Below are positions 1 through 10,674 of a stretch of DNA of 64,000 nucleotides, one piece after another. A program made the translations under genes and the position numbers. The number at the start of each line of letters is the position of its first letter. Within the stretch, counting starts at the first letter, position 1. The notes under the pieces are model-generated. The model had not been told where the DNA came from. It saw only the letters and a program-made list of their open reading frames with translations, and did not search any database. The DNA lies in NCBI GenBank assembly GCA_963716725.1, contig CAVQUB010000009.1:320001-384000 (forward strand). Direction: 5' to 3'. The stretch is from an uncultured delta proteobacterium. GTDB taxonomy: Bacteria; Myxococcota_A; Polyangia; Polyangiales; Polyangiaceae.

Positions 1-864
1 GCCATTCTCCTCAGCGACGTGCGCGCGCGGGCCACGCCCTTCTTGGTCAAGATCCACCAGGAGGTGCCAGCCGGCGCCCAGCGCAGCGCGGCCATCTCCC
101 AGACCTACAAGAACGTGCTCGAGCGCATGGTGGACGAGGAGCTGCAGGGCCGCGCGGCCAACCGCTCCAAGTTGGTCGTTGACGCCAAAGAGGTGGACGA
201 CGCCATCGGGCGGGTCGCCGCTCAGAACGGCATCAGCGTGGACAAGCTGGTCGCCGAAGCGGCCAAGAGCGGCCTGGACGAGAAGGGCTACAGAAACGAG
301 ATCCGCCGGCAGGTGCTCGAGGCCAAGCTGCTCAATCTGCGCGTGCAGGGGCGCATCCGGGTCACCGAAGAGGACGTGCGCACCATGTACCGCAAGCTGG
401 TCATGGACGAACGCCGCAAGCTGGGCTTTAGCGCCGCCTGGATCCGCATCGACGCCCCGCCCGCAGACAAAGGCGCTGCCCGGGAGAAGCGGGCGCAGGC
501 AGAGTCGCTGGCCGCCCAGGCACGCGCCGGTGCCGACTTCGGGAGCCTCGCGCGCGACAAGTCCGACGACGCACGCAGCCGCGACCGAGGCGGGCAGCTC
601 GGCCAGCTTCGCCCCGGCCGGCTGCCTCCTGCCATTGACGCCGCGCTGATGAATCTCGAACCGGGACAGGTCTCGAGCTCCGTGCGGGTGGGCGACTCGT
701 TCTTCGTGGTCAAGCTCATTGCCCGTGACGAGACCGAGCTGCCCGACTTCGAAGAAGCAAAGAACGAGCTCGGCGAGCGCGTGTACCTGGAAAAGATGGG
801 CAAGGCACGACGCTCTTGGGTCGAGAGCCTGCGCCGGCAGACGCACGTCGAAATCCGGATGTGA
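1..864 (+). CDS. SurA/PpiC-type peptidyl-prolyl isomerase chaperone (5' end outside window)
   Basis: SurA N-domain-like helices (VLERMVDEEL...EVDDAI) then a parvulin motif (GADFGSLARDKSDD...GGQLG...GQVS); frame open to window edge. Confidence 0.8.
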   Translation, partial: AILLSDVRARATPFLVKIHQEVPAGAQRSAAISQTYKNVLERMVDEELQGRAANRSKLVVDAKEVDDAIGRVAAQNGISVDKLVAEAAKSGLDEKGYRNEIRRQVLEAKLLNLRVQGRIRVTEEDVRTMYRKLVMDERRKLGFSAAWIRIDAPPADKGAAREKRAQAESLAAQARAGADFGSLARDKSDDARSRDRGGQLGQLRPGRLPPAIDAALMNLEPGQVSSSVRVGDSFFVVKLIARDETELPDFEEAKNELGERVYLEKMGKARRSWVESLRRQTHVEIRM

Positions 865-1040
865 GCGGTCGCCGGCGATCCGACGCCTCGCGGGGCGCTC
901 GCAGCGCGCGGGCTACGGCACGCCGGTCGAATACAGGTTGCGCAGGTGCTCGAACGCGGCGTTGAAACGCAATCGAAACTGCTGGGCGAAGGCCCCGGCC
1001 TCGTGCAGCTCGTGGGACGAGTGCCAGTCGACTTCGTCCG

Positions 1041-3546
1041 TCAACGAACTCCGCACAAGGCGTCGTAGACACGCCCGCGAGGCGTGCCGCCGGCGACGAG
1101 ACTGCGAGCGCTCTCGAGCTCTTCTTTGACCACCACGTCGAAGCGCTCGAGCGGCAGCGCTCCGCTCAGCGAGCGCCCGTTGACGAAGAACGCCGGCGTG
1201 CCCCGCACACCCAGCTTCTGTCCGATGCGTGCGTCCGCGTCGATCTTCGCATCGTGCGTGCGCTTCTTCACCGCGTCCATCAAGGGACCCGGCGGCATGC
1301 CGAGCCCACTGGCAACGACCTCGAGGCCCGCGTCGCTAAGGTCCTTCTGGCTGGCGAACAGCAGGTCGTGCGCCTTCCAGAACTTGGTCGGTCCGCCTTG
1401 CTCGAAGACCTCGAGGGCAAAGGCCGCCGCCGGACGGGCCCGACGGTGGTGATCGAGGGGAAAGTTCTTCCACACGATGCGCAGATCGCCGCCATGTCGC
1501 GCCAAGAGCGTGTCGAGGGTGGGCTGCACACGCTTGCAGAATGGGCACTCGAAGTCCGAGTACTCGACAATGGTCACGAGTGCGTCCGCGGCGCCTCGCA
1601 CCGGTGAGCTGCCGACTGGCGGGCAATTCCGGTCCGCGACGTCCTTGCCGAGCCCGATCAGGTTCTTTCGCACGCGCGTGGCGTAGAGTTCCGAGAGCGC
1701 GGTCCCCAGGGTGAGCAGGCTCCGGGCCGAAGACCGCTCTTTCTCAATCACCCGCTCGAGCTCGGCAGCAGTCGAGAAGCCCTCGATGCGCACCCCGTTG
1801 GCAAAGAAGGTGGGCGTCTCGCGCACGTCGAAGAGCCCAGCGAGCTGCAAATCGCGACTCACCTCGCTCTCGGTCTCGGCCTGGGAGAGCCAGTCCTCGA
1901 TGCGGCTCGCTCGGCCGCCGGCGGCCTCGACCCACTTGCCGAGCTCGACCTTGTTTGCATCGTGAGTCGTGCTCGCTGCCTGGGAAAAGAGCCGCCAGAA
2001 CGCGGCCTCGCCGTACTCGCGCCTCACTCCTACGGCGACGCGCGCTGCATCGCGTGCGCGGGAGTGAATGGCCAGCGGTCGGTGGCGAAACGCGACGCGC
2101 ACGTCATTGGGAAAGGCTCGCAAGATGCGCTCGATGGCCTTGTAGGCTCGCCGGGTGTGGGGGCACTCGAGGTCGCCGAACACAACCAGCGTCACCAGCG
2201 CCTTGTCGCTGCCCCAGACTGGCAGGTCCGCGGTGACTGGGAGCGGCGAGAGCGCGTCCGCGGCGCCGGCCGCTCTGGGGGCGGTGCTTGGCGGCGGCAG
2301 CGCGGCATCCGGCTCGTCGGGCGCCGGATCCGGTTCGTGCCCCTCGCCAGCATCGCTCGGCTCGGGTGGCGGTGGCGCAGTGGGAGTCGGCCCGAGGCCG
2401 GGTCCCGGTGTGGTCGTCGCGGTGGTCGCGGGCACCCGCGCCGACGGCGCTCGCAGTAGCGAGTAGGCAAACAGACCGCCCACCCCGAGCAGCATCACAA
2501 ACACGCCGCCGACCAGCGCGAGTACCCAGATCGCGCTCTCTGCCCTGCGCCTCGACGGCGGGATAGAGTCGGCGTTCGGCGACCGGAGCGGCGGCGGTGG
2601 CGCGCCCGGCGGCGGGGCAGGCGGCGGCGACGCAGCGGGCGGCAGCGACGCAGCGGGCGGCAACCCGCCCGGCGGCGACGCAGCGGGCGACGCTGGATCC
2701 GCTTCGGCTTGCCACGGCGGAGGTGCCCCAGCGCCGGGCGCTTCGACCTGGGGAGTGTGCGCCAGCGGAACGTGAGGGCGGAGCAGCGCCTCGGCGAGGT
2801 CCTGCGCAAAGCGGACGACGTCGACCGGGCGCGCAGCCGGAGATCGCGCCACCGCCTTCGAGATTCAGCGCTTCGACTTCGTCGCTCACGTCCACGCCGC
2901 AGGCGCGTGGCGTCGGACGTGCGTCCGATGGCGAGAGCGTCCGTCCAATCGCGAGCTCGGTGACAATGAGACCCAGCGCGAACACATCGGAGGCTGGCGT
3001 CACGGGGTCCGGGTTGATCCCGTCGTGCTCGGGTGCGCGGCGATCCTGCGGCACGATGGACACGCGCGCGCCCGCGAGCTCGCGCACCACGGCGTCGAGC
3101 GCGAAGCCTTCGATGCTCACGCCTTCGGGACCCAGGCGGATCAGACGAGGGTCGAGCAGTCCAAAGGCGATGCCTTGATCGTGGAGCGGCGCGATGGCCG
3201 CGGCGATCTGAGTCAGCGTGTTGCCAATGGCGGCCGGCGTCAGCCCGACGCGATCCGCCAAGCTCTCGCTGAAGCGACGCTCGTAGGCCAGCACCAGCTC
3301 TCCGGCCTCGAACCCGGCCGCCACCGGGCGGGCGATGCCTTCGGCGCCGATGCGGTAGCGGTCTTGGGCTGCGAGGGCCTGATCGGGATGGCCGGCGCCG
3401 GTGATCGTGACGGCCACCAGGGTCACGCGACCGCCCTCGGAGTCGAGCCCGACCCCGCAGACCACACCGGGCCCGATCTCGCGGACGGACTCGACGCGGT
3501 AGCGCCCGATCACGCTCTGTGCGACGGACAGCGGCACGGCGCACAC
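1041..3546 (-). CDS. Degenerate Ser/Thr kinase domain + Pro-rich linker + TM helix + two DsbA/thioredoxin domains (one +1 indel near 2863; start approximate)
   Basis: ORFs 2104..3660 (APE, SDVFALG) and 1041..2852 join if one A is removed, giving ALISKAVARSPAARP (kinase subdomain XI); DsbA motifs GDLECPHT/ETPTFF and SDFECPFC/GTPAFF. Confidence 0.75.
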
Positions 3547-3685
3547 CGTATCATCGCCTGCCAGTTTGGCAGCCAGGTCTGGGGCTCGGACAGCCTGTCC
3601 GGTCGTTTCGGAGCGCAGGCGGCGAAAAGAGCCGCTGGCGGCGGGTTTGCAGCGTGGCACGCTGTGTGCTCAAAGGGGTTCCCTG

Positions 3686-4912
3686 ATGGCGTCGAGACCA
3701 TGGACCGCGGCTCTCTTGGGCGTGGCCGCGAGCGCGGTTGCGCTGGCCGCCACCGCTCAGTCAGTGACCGTCAGCGGCGCGAGTCTGGACCGCAAGCTCG
3801 GCTTCCGGTCCAGCGATCAGGAGCCGACCTGGGTCAGCTACTCCGACTGCACCGGCGGCGACGAGCTCAGCTTCGAGACGACCCTGGTGAGCGCGGTCGG
3901 CCTATCGCTCGAGGTCTGGGTCGGGAGCAGCGCGGATTGCACTCCTTACGATGCACGCCTCGGCGGGTCGCCCACCTGCTGGCAGGTCTACAAGACCGCC
4001 CCGCAGGCCACGACTCAAAACGTCAAGATCCGCGCCCAAGACATCGTCGCGCAGAACAAGGCCACGGACGGGACCTGGGGTCCGGCCTCGGGCACCGCCG
4101 CCGACTGCAACGACAGCGGCACGGCGAGTGAAGGTCAGCAGGTCACGCTCTACTTCATGCTGGTCGACGGCACGGGTCAGCCGGTGGGGACGGGCACCAA
4201 CTACCAAACCAAGTTCGACGTCGTGGGCCCGCCAGCTCCCACCGGTATCAGTGCTGGCATCGGCGAAGACCGCCTGATCGTGAGCTGGTCCGCGTCGACC
4301 GCATCGGATTTGATCGGCTACCGCGTGTACTGCGATCCGAAACCCGGCGCGGTCGCTCCGGCAAACTCACCCATGGCAGACGCAGGCGCAGCGGGTGCAG
4401 GAGGCGCGGCGGGTGCCGGAGGCGCGGCGGGTGCCGGAGGCGCGGCAACGGATGCCGGAGGCGATGCGGCCATCGAGGCCGGCGCGGACGCAGCGAGCAC
4501 GGGCGGCAGCGCGGGCACCGACGGCGGCGCGGGCACGGGCGGCGGCAGCGCGGGCAACGCGAACTGCCCTTCGGCCGCGCTGACGCCCGGAGAGCGACCG
4601 AACTCAGCCTATCAATGCGGGTCCGTCACAGGGAAGTTGGCGACCGGCGCCACCGCGTCGAACCTGGTCAACGGTGTGAAGTACGCCGTTGGCGTGGTCG
4701 GCTTCGATCTAGTGGGCAACTCGGGCGTGCTGTCGTCCATCGCCTGCGGCAGCCCCCAGCCGGTCGACGACTTCTTCGAGCTGTACCGTCGCGCGGGCGG
4801 CAAGGGCGGTGGCGGGTTCTGCGCCATCGGCGCTGATCCCAGCCACGCGAGCCTCGCAGCGCTCGCGCTCGCCCTCGCGGCCCTCGGGCTCCGGCGGAGG
4901 CGCGCGTCATGA
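3686..4912 (+). CDS. Secreted Cys-containing surface protein with FN3-like segment and MYXO-CTERM-like sorting tail
   Basis: Signal peptide; PPAPTGISAGIGEDRLIVSW...GYRVY; Gly/Ala linker; C-terminus GGGFCAIG-hydrophobic-RRRR. Confidence 0.75.
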   Translation: MASRPWTAALLGVAASAVALAATAQSVTVSGASLDRKLGFRSSDQEPTWVSYSDCTGGDELSFETTLVSAVGLSLEVWVGSSADCTPYDARLGGSPTCWQVYKTAPQATTQNVKIRAQDIVAQNKATDGTWGPASGTAADCNDSGTASEGQQVTLYFMLVDGTGQPVGTGTNYQTKFDVVGPPAPTGISAGIGEDRLIVSWSASTASDLIGYRVYCDPKPGAVAPANSPMADAGAAGAGGAAGAGGAAGAGGAATDAGGDAAIEAGADAASTGGSAGTDGGAGTGGGSAGNANCPSAALTPGERPNSAYQCGSVTGKLATGATASNLVNGVKYAVGVVGFDLVGNSGVLSSIACGSPQPVDDFFELYRRAGGKGGGGFCAIGADPSHASLAALALALAALGLRRRRAS

Positions 4913-5667
4913 GGCGCTGTCTCGCGTCCGCGATGGCCATCACCGCGGTGGCGGCCACCACCCCCGCATGGGCTCAGGGCACCGACGCCTTGGGCGCGTA
5001 CGGTGGGCTCGAACGTCGGCACCAACACGAGTCGCCCCAGTACGCCGCCTTCGAGCTGCGCTTTGGACCCTATCGGCCCGAGGTGGACTCCGAGTTCGGC
5101 GGGGCAACACCCTTCGGCGACACCTTCGGCAACGACAAGCGCTACCTGATCGGCATGGAGGTCGACTGGCAAGCGCTGCGCGTCCCGCACTTTGGCAGCG
5201 TGGGCCCGGGTATCGGCTGGGGCTACACCCGCTTCAAAGCCGACGCGCTCCTGGCCGACGGCAGCGGCAACCGCTCGGCCCAAGCGACGACGCTCAACAT
5301 CATGCCGATGTATCTGGTGGGGGTCGTGCGCGTCGACGTGCTGGCTCGCGAGACCTTCGTGCCGCTCGTGCCCTACGCCAAACTCGGCCTCGGCTACGCC
5401 CTGTGGTGGTCAAGTGACGGCGAAGGCACCGCTCACGGGGACGACGGGACCCCGGGACGCGGCTCGTCCTACGGCGCGCAGTGGGCCCTCGGCGGCATGC
5501 TGCTGCTGGACGTTCTCGACCGGAGCAGCGCCGTCGAGATGGACACGACGACAGGCGTGAACAACAGCTACTTCTTCCTGGAATGGTACCGCAGTCAGCT
5601 GGGCACCAGCGACCAGATGAAGGTCGGCACCAGCACCTGGATGCTGGGGCTCGCGCTGGAGATTTGA
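4909..5667 (+). CDS. Outer-membrane beta-barrel protein coupled to the upstream MYXO-CTERM gene (resembles MXAN_2562-type barrels)
   Basis: ATGA overlap; signal peptide; alternating aromatic/hydrophobic strands; ends WMLGLALEI. Confidence 0.7.
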   Translation: MRRCLASAMAITAVAATTPAWAQGTDALGAYGGLERRHQHESPQYAAFELRFGPYRPEVDSEFGGATPFGDTFGNDKRYLIGMEVDWQALRVPHFGSVGPGIGWGYTRFKADALLADGSGNRSAQATTLNIMPMYLVGVVRVDVLARETFVPLVPYAKLGLGYALWWSSDGEGTAHGDDGTPGRGSSYGAQWALGGMLLLDVLDRSSAVEMDTTTGVNNSYFFLEWYRSQLGTSDQMKVGTSTWMLGLALEI

Positions 5668-5673
5668 CGCTGC

Positions 5674-6447
5674 TCAGCGCGCCCGGAGCAGCCGGAGGAT
5701 GTGCTTCTGCTCCCACTGCATGGCCCGCTCGAAGTACCGGAACTCGCGCTCCCGCCGTAAGAACTCCCCAGAGTGTAGCGACGTGCGCCCGCCTTCTTTC
5801 ACCATTGGAACCACGTGGTGCAAGAGCTCGTGGTAGACGATGTACGCCAGGAAGTAGCGGGGCACCCAGTCCTTGTCGAGGGCCGGGTGGATGCGGATCA
5901 GGCGCTCGGTGGCGCTGTAGCTGCCGAGCTTGATGGTCTTACGTGGCCCGGCGCTCGGGTGGCTGTGTCGTCCCCAGGTGATCAACACGTCGGGCGGGAC
6001 CGCCGAGCCCAGGTAGCGGTGGCTCACTTCGGTCAAGATCGCGTAGAGATCGTGCACCCGACCCCGCGGACGCAAGCGGCCGCGCGTGGCCTGGACGGCG
6101 CGGATGCGGTGCGAATTCGACTCGATGAAGGCTCCGACGATCTCGGAGGCGTCTCGGTCACCGTCGACGATGTAGCGAACCAGCGAGTCCACCACTCGCT
6201 CCGAGGCGTCCAGGAACATCATGTGCACCCGGACCTGGAGCACGCCGGCGACCTGGCTCCGGGTCACCATGCGCCGGCGGTTGTCGGTGACGGAGAGCTG
6301 CACCATGCCGCCGAAGGCGACGTGGAGGCGGCGCTCGAGAGCCTGGCGCGCTCCTTCGTGTACGAAGATCTGCGGCCCCGTCCCGGTGAAGCGCAGCGGA
6401 AGCGCGACCTGCTCGGGGTGCGGGATACGAACCGCCGACGGCGACAT
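5674..6447 (-). CDS. SprT-like/YgjP-like zinc metallopeptidase domain protein
   Basis: ITWG...KLGSY...IRIHPALD...YIVYHELLH...LHSGEF zincin motif. Confidence 0.7.
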   Translation of the reverse strand: MSPSAVRIPHPEQVALPLRFTGTGPQIFVHEGARQALERRLHVAFGGMVQLSVTDNRRRMVTRSQVAGVLQVRVHMMFLDASERVVDSLVRYIVDGDRDASEIVGAFIESNSHRIRAVQATRGRLRPRGRVHDLYAILTEVSHRYLGSAVPPDVLITWGRHSHPSAGPRKTIKLGSYSATERLIRIHPALDKDWVPRYFLAYIVYHELLHHVVPMVKEGGRTSLHSGEFLRREREFRYFERAMQWEQKHILRLLRAR

Positions 6448-6741
6448 GCGCGGGGCCGAACCTACTGAGGGACGGCCCTTCGCCAGACGCGCCGGGGCAA
6501 CGATCCACGGGAAGCTGATGGCGCGTCGGGAGGTCACTGATCTACGGGTATGGGGCACGATCGGGTGCGTCAAGGAACAGAGTTTTTCTTTGAGGTTACG
6601 GGCGCTTATCGGGGCTCTCGGAGCCCGATTGTGAAGTCGTCCTAAGTGCGCGCCGACGCTCACGATCCCGGCGGCCCAGTGGTCAACACGGCCCGGATCC
6701 GCATCAATCTGTCCCCGGGTCCTCAGGACCTTCTCAACGGG

Positions 6742-6750
6742 TTATCCACA
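6742..6750 (+). promoter_or_regulatory. Perfect DnaA box TTATCCACA within the palindrome TCCACAG-G-CTGTGGA
   Basis: Exact 9-mer consensus in intergenic DNA between the recA 3' end and the metallopeptidase start. Confidence 0.4.
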
Positions 6751-6815
6751 GGCTGTGGACGCAGGGGCGCCCCACCGCCCCTCGGCGCCCCTGCTCTCCT
6801 GTTGGTGGCGCCGGC

Positions 6816-8011
<1,196 letters not shown>

Positions 8012-8118
8012 CTGCGCCTCCCGAACCTGTTCGCTTTCGACACTGGTCCCTGCGGTCGAGAGCCCAAAGGCTCCCACCGAAGGGCGGTCTCGGCACCGCG
8101 CCGAGCATCGATGTGCGA

Positions 8119-8147
8119 CAGATACTGTGCGGCTGTTCAGATGTCAA
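8119..8147 (-). promoter_or_regulatory. recA sigma70-type promoter with a putative LexA (SOS) box in the spacer
   Basis: Minus strand TTGACA (8147-8142), 17 nt, weak -10 TATCTG; spacer holds CTGAAC-AGCC-GCACAG (8140-8125), similar to the myxobacterial CTGAAC-N4-GTTCAG-type site. Confidence 0.65.
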
Positions 8148-8181
8148 CTGATCGCCTCGGCGGGTCGGACGTTGCCTGTCC

Positions 8182-8634
8182 TCAGGGAGGGCAGCTCTGC
8201 CCGAAGGCCGGCTGTGGGCACTTCAGGTAGTCCAGCAACGTGGATTTCTGCGCCGCGGAAAGCGGCTCCACGGGGCCGTCCTTCACCGAACCCGCGCAGG
8301 AAGTGCCCTCGGCGCAATAGGGCATGAAGTCGGTCTTCACGGCCTTGAACGCGGCCTCGTAGAGGGGCCCGCCGTAGTCCGCGAGCAGGTCGGCGTAGAC
8401 CAAGAGCGGGAAGGGCGCGCCGTTCGTTGCCGGGCTCTGGTGGCAGCGTTGGCAGCGGGTCTTCATGATCTCCGCGACGTCGCAGGGCAGCTCGGCGTTG
8501 GGCTCGAGCTCGAGGTTGCAGGCGGTCCCGGCGTCCGGGATCGGCCCGGGGCCGGCTCGATCCACGGCGGGGTCGTGATCGGCGCAGGCGCCGAGTGCCA
8601 TCAAAGCCATGCCAAAGAATCGAAGCGCTCTCAC
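8182..8634 (-). CDS. Lipoprotein with a single CxxCH heme-c-binding motif
   Basis: Lipobox [14 protein letters not shown]; downstream MP as possible distal Met ligand. Confidence 0.6.
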   Translation of the reverse strand: MRALRFFGMALMALGACADHDPAVDRAGPGPIPDAGTACNLELEPNAELPCDVAEIMKTRCQRCHQSPATNGAPFPLLVYADLLADYGGPLYEAAFKAVKTDFMPYCAEGTSCAGSVKDGPVEPLSAAQKSTLLDYLKCPQPAFGQSCPP

Positions 8635-9236
8635 AAACAGGCCGCGGTGGGATTGAGCTTGGCGTGGTCGCAGTGCGTCGAGGGGTCCATGGATGCTGCG
8701 GTCGCGTGATAGATGCGACAGAAGAGGCTGTCACCGGTCTTGGTCCCGGTGTCGTAGCCCGCGGTCGTGGCGCCAGAGATGGTGGCGCAGGCGGTCACGC
8801 AGTCGCTCGCGCTCGCGTAGGAGCCGGCGCAATGTTTGATCATCAAGCTGCAGTAGCCGTCGCAGTTGGTGCCGCAGGCGCCATCACCCGCAGGACCTGC
8901 CTGCGGGCATTGAGAGGGCGTTGCCTTCGCTTTGCTGGCGCGGAGGGCGCGGCACTCGAGGCTGTTGCCGCTTTGATCGCCCGGGGTCCCCGCCGGAAAG
9001 GAGCTGCAGCTCTCGAGACACATGTCTTTGGCACCGTACTGCGCGCTCGCGCCGGTGCAGGCCGCCATGATCGTGTCGCAGTAAGCGGCGCAGGTGGCGG
9101 GCCCACCACCGCCAGCGCCCGCGGCACCGCCAGTGCCTGGGCTGCTGGCGCTGTCGTCATCGCCGCACCCCGCACCCAGTCCTCCGCCGAGCACCGCGCA
9201 CAGAAACCCGCCCCAGCCCCAGATCGAACCTCGCAT
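8631..9236 (-). CDS. Cys-rich lipoprotein with two internal repeats
   Basis: Lipobox GAGC; repeated CxxYC...C...Y...C...C...GNS/GDSLxCR unit; ATGA overlap with the next gene. Confidence 0.7.
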   Translation of the reverse strand: MRGSIWGWGGFLCAVLGGGLGAGCGDDDSASSPGTGGAAGAGGGGPATCAAYCDTIMAACTGASAQYGAKDMCLESCSSFPAGTPGDQSGNSLECRALRASKAKATPSQCPQAGPAGDGACGTNCDGYCSLMIKHCAGSYASASDCVTACATISGATTAGYDTGTKTGDSLFCRIYHATAASMDPSTHCDHAKLNPTAACL

Positions 9237-9286
9237 GCGCCGGAGCATGTGGCCGCCGATCCGAGGTTGTCAACGCCGCCGGCGGG

Positions 9287-10612
9287 TCAATACGGGTTCT
9301 TGCGCGGCGCTTCGGCGACAGCCGTCGACGCGGGTCGCTGGGCCTTGGGCAACTTCTTCTTCACGCCGAGCGCGCGCGCTGTCGCGGTCACCAAGTCTGG
9401 CTCTTCGCCGGACGGGTCGAGCAGCACGCGGGGCGCATCGACTACGGGGTCGGCGCTTCGAGGCAGCTCCGCGGCGGCCACCGGAGGCGCCAGCTCGCGT
9501 CGCTCGGGCACCGAGCTTGCCGCTATTGCCACGCCCATCGCCAGGCCCACGGCGGTGCCACCGATGGCGCCCCCCACCATCAGACCCCCGGGCGGCGCCC
9601 GTCGCGTGATGAACTGCCAGCAACGCACGCCAACCGGAAAGGCCGTCGACGGAAGTCGCGCGCCCTTTGGAAGGACGCCGATGGAGACGCTTGGCTGGAT
9701 CGACGACAAGCGATCGGTGGCTCGGCGCATCTGTCCGCCAACGCGGCTCGGATGCGAGAGCGCCCTCGCGACTCCCTCGAGTACCTCCGCGACTTCGAGG
9801 GCGGACTGCACTCGGGCCTCACGATCCTTGACCAGGCAGCCTTCCACCAGGCGCGCGAGCACCGGATCGACGCGCGGACGCGTCTGCAACACCGGTACGT
9901 GGGGAGCGCTGATGATGGCGAGCATCAGCGCGTTGTAGTTGGAGCCGCGAAAGGGCGGAGCGCCAGTCAAGCACTCGTACAGGAGGACCCCGAGCGTCCA
10001 CACGTCGGTGCGCGCGTCTACGTTTTCGGCGCCACGCGCCTGCTCCGGGCTCATGTAGGCGGGGGAGCCGAGCACCGCGCCGCTCCCGGTCTTGACCCGG
10101 GCTTCCAAGCCCGGGCTCAGGATTTTGCTCACGCCAAAGTCCAGGATCTTGGGCAAGGGTTCGCCACCGTGGGCGTCGGTCGCCAGGAAGACGTTGGCGG
10201 TGGACAGGTCACGGTGCACGACGCCAGCACGGTGCGCGAGCTCGAGACCCCGGGCGATCTGCGACAGGACGATGGAGGTGGTGAGATCGCCGAGGGCACC
10301 CTCTCTCGCGATACGCGACTCGAGACTCTCGCCGGCCAGCAGCTCCATCACCAAGAAGGGTTGGCCGCCGGGCTCATGACCGACGTCCACCACGTCCACG
10401 ATGCTCGGATGGCGCACCCGGCTGGCGGCCTGCGCTTCTTGGAAGAAGCGTTTCACCGCCTCGTCGTTGTCCGCCAGGGCGGGCAGGATGAATTTGATGG
10501 CGAAGTCCCGCCGCATCAAGACGTTGGTCGCCGCCCACACCTCGGCCATGCCGCCGATGCCCAGGCGCCGGACGAGTCGGTACTTGCCTGCGAGCAGGTC
10601 TCCGGGATCCAC
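9287..10612 (-). CDS. Ser/Thr protein kinase with C-terminal TM segment
   Basis: LGIGGMAEV, FAIK, VHRDLSTAN, DFG, YMSPEQ, DVWTLG. Confidence 0.93.
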   Translation of the reverse strand: MDPGDLLAGKYRLVRRLGIGGMAEVWAATNVLMRRDFAIKFILPALADNDEAVKRFFQEAQAASRVRHPSIVDVVDVGHEPGGQPFLVMELLAGESLESRIAREGALGDLTTSIVLSQIARGLELAHRAGVVHRDLSTANVFLATDAHGGEPLPKILDFGVSKILSPGLEARVKTGSGAVLGSPAYMSPEQARGAENVDARTDVWTLGVLLYECLTGAPPFRGSNYNALMLAIISAPHVPVLQTRPRVDPVLARLVEGCLVKDREARVQSALEVAEVLEGVARALSHPSRVGGQMRRATDRLSSIQPSVSIGVLPKGARLPSTAFPVGVRCWQFITRRAPPGGLMVGGAIGGTAVGLAMGVAIAASSVPERRELAPPVAAAELPRSADPVVDAPRVLLDPSGEEPDLVTATARALGVKKKLPKAQRPASTAVAEAPRKNPY

Positions 10613-10674
10613 GCGATGATTTCAGCGGAGGGCGACCCTCGCGGCCAAGATCTTCGCTGCGGCGGCAGCTGCGC

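Noticed and set aside
2590..4560. GC-rich 18-bp repeats (PAASPP at about 2620-2690; AAGAGG at about 4385-4445) as CRISPR or regulatory arrays
   Set aside because: They are in-frame low-complexity linker codons without spacers
6700..6800. Replication origin
   Set aside because: Only one perfect DnaA box, no AT-rich unwinding element and no dnaA or dnaN nearby
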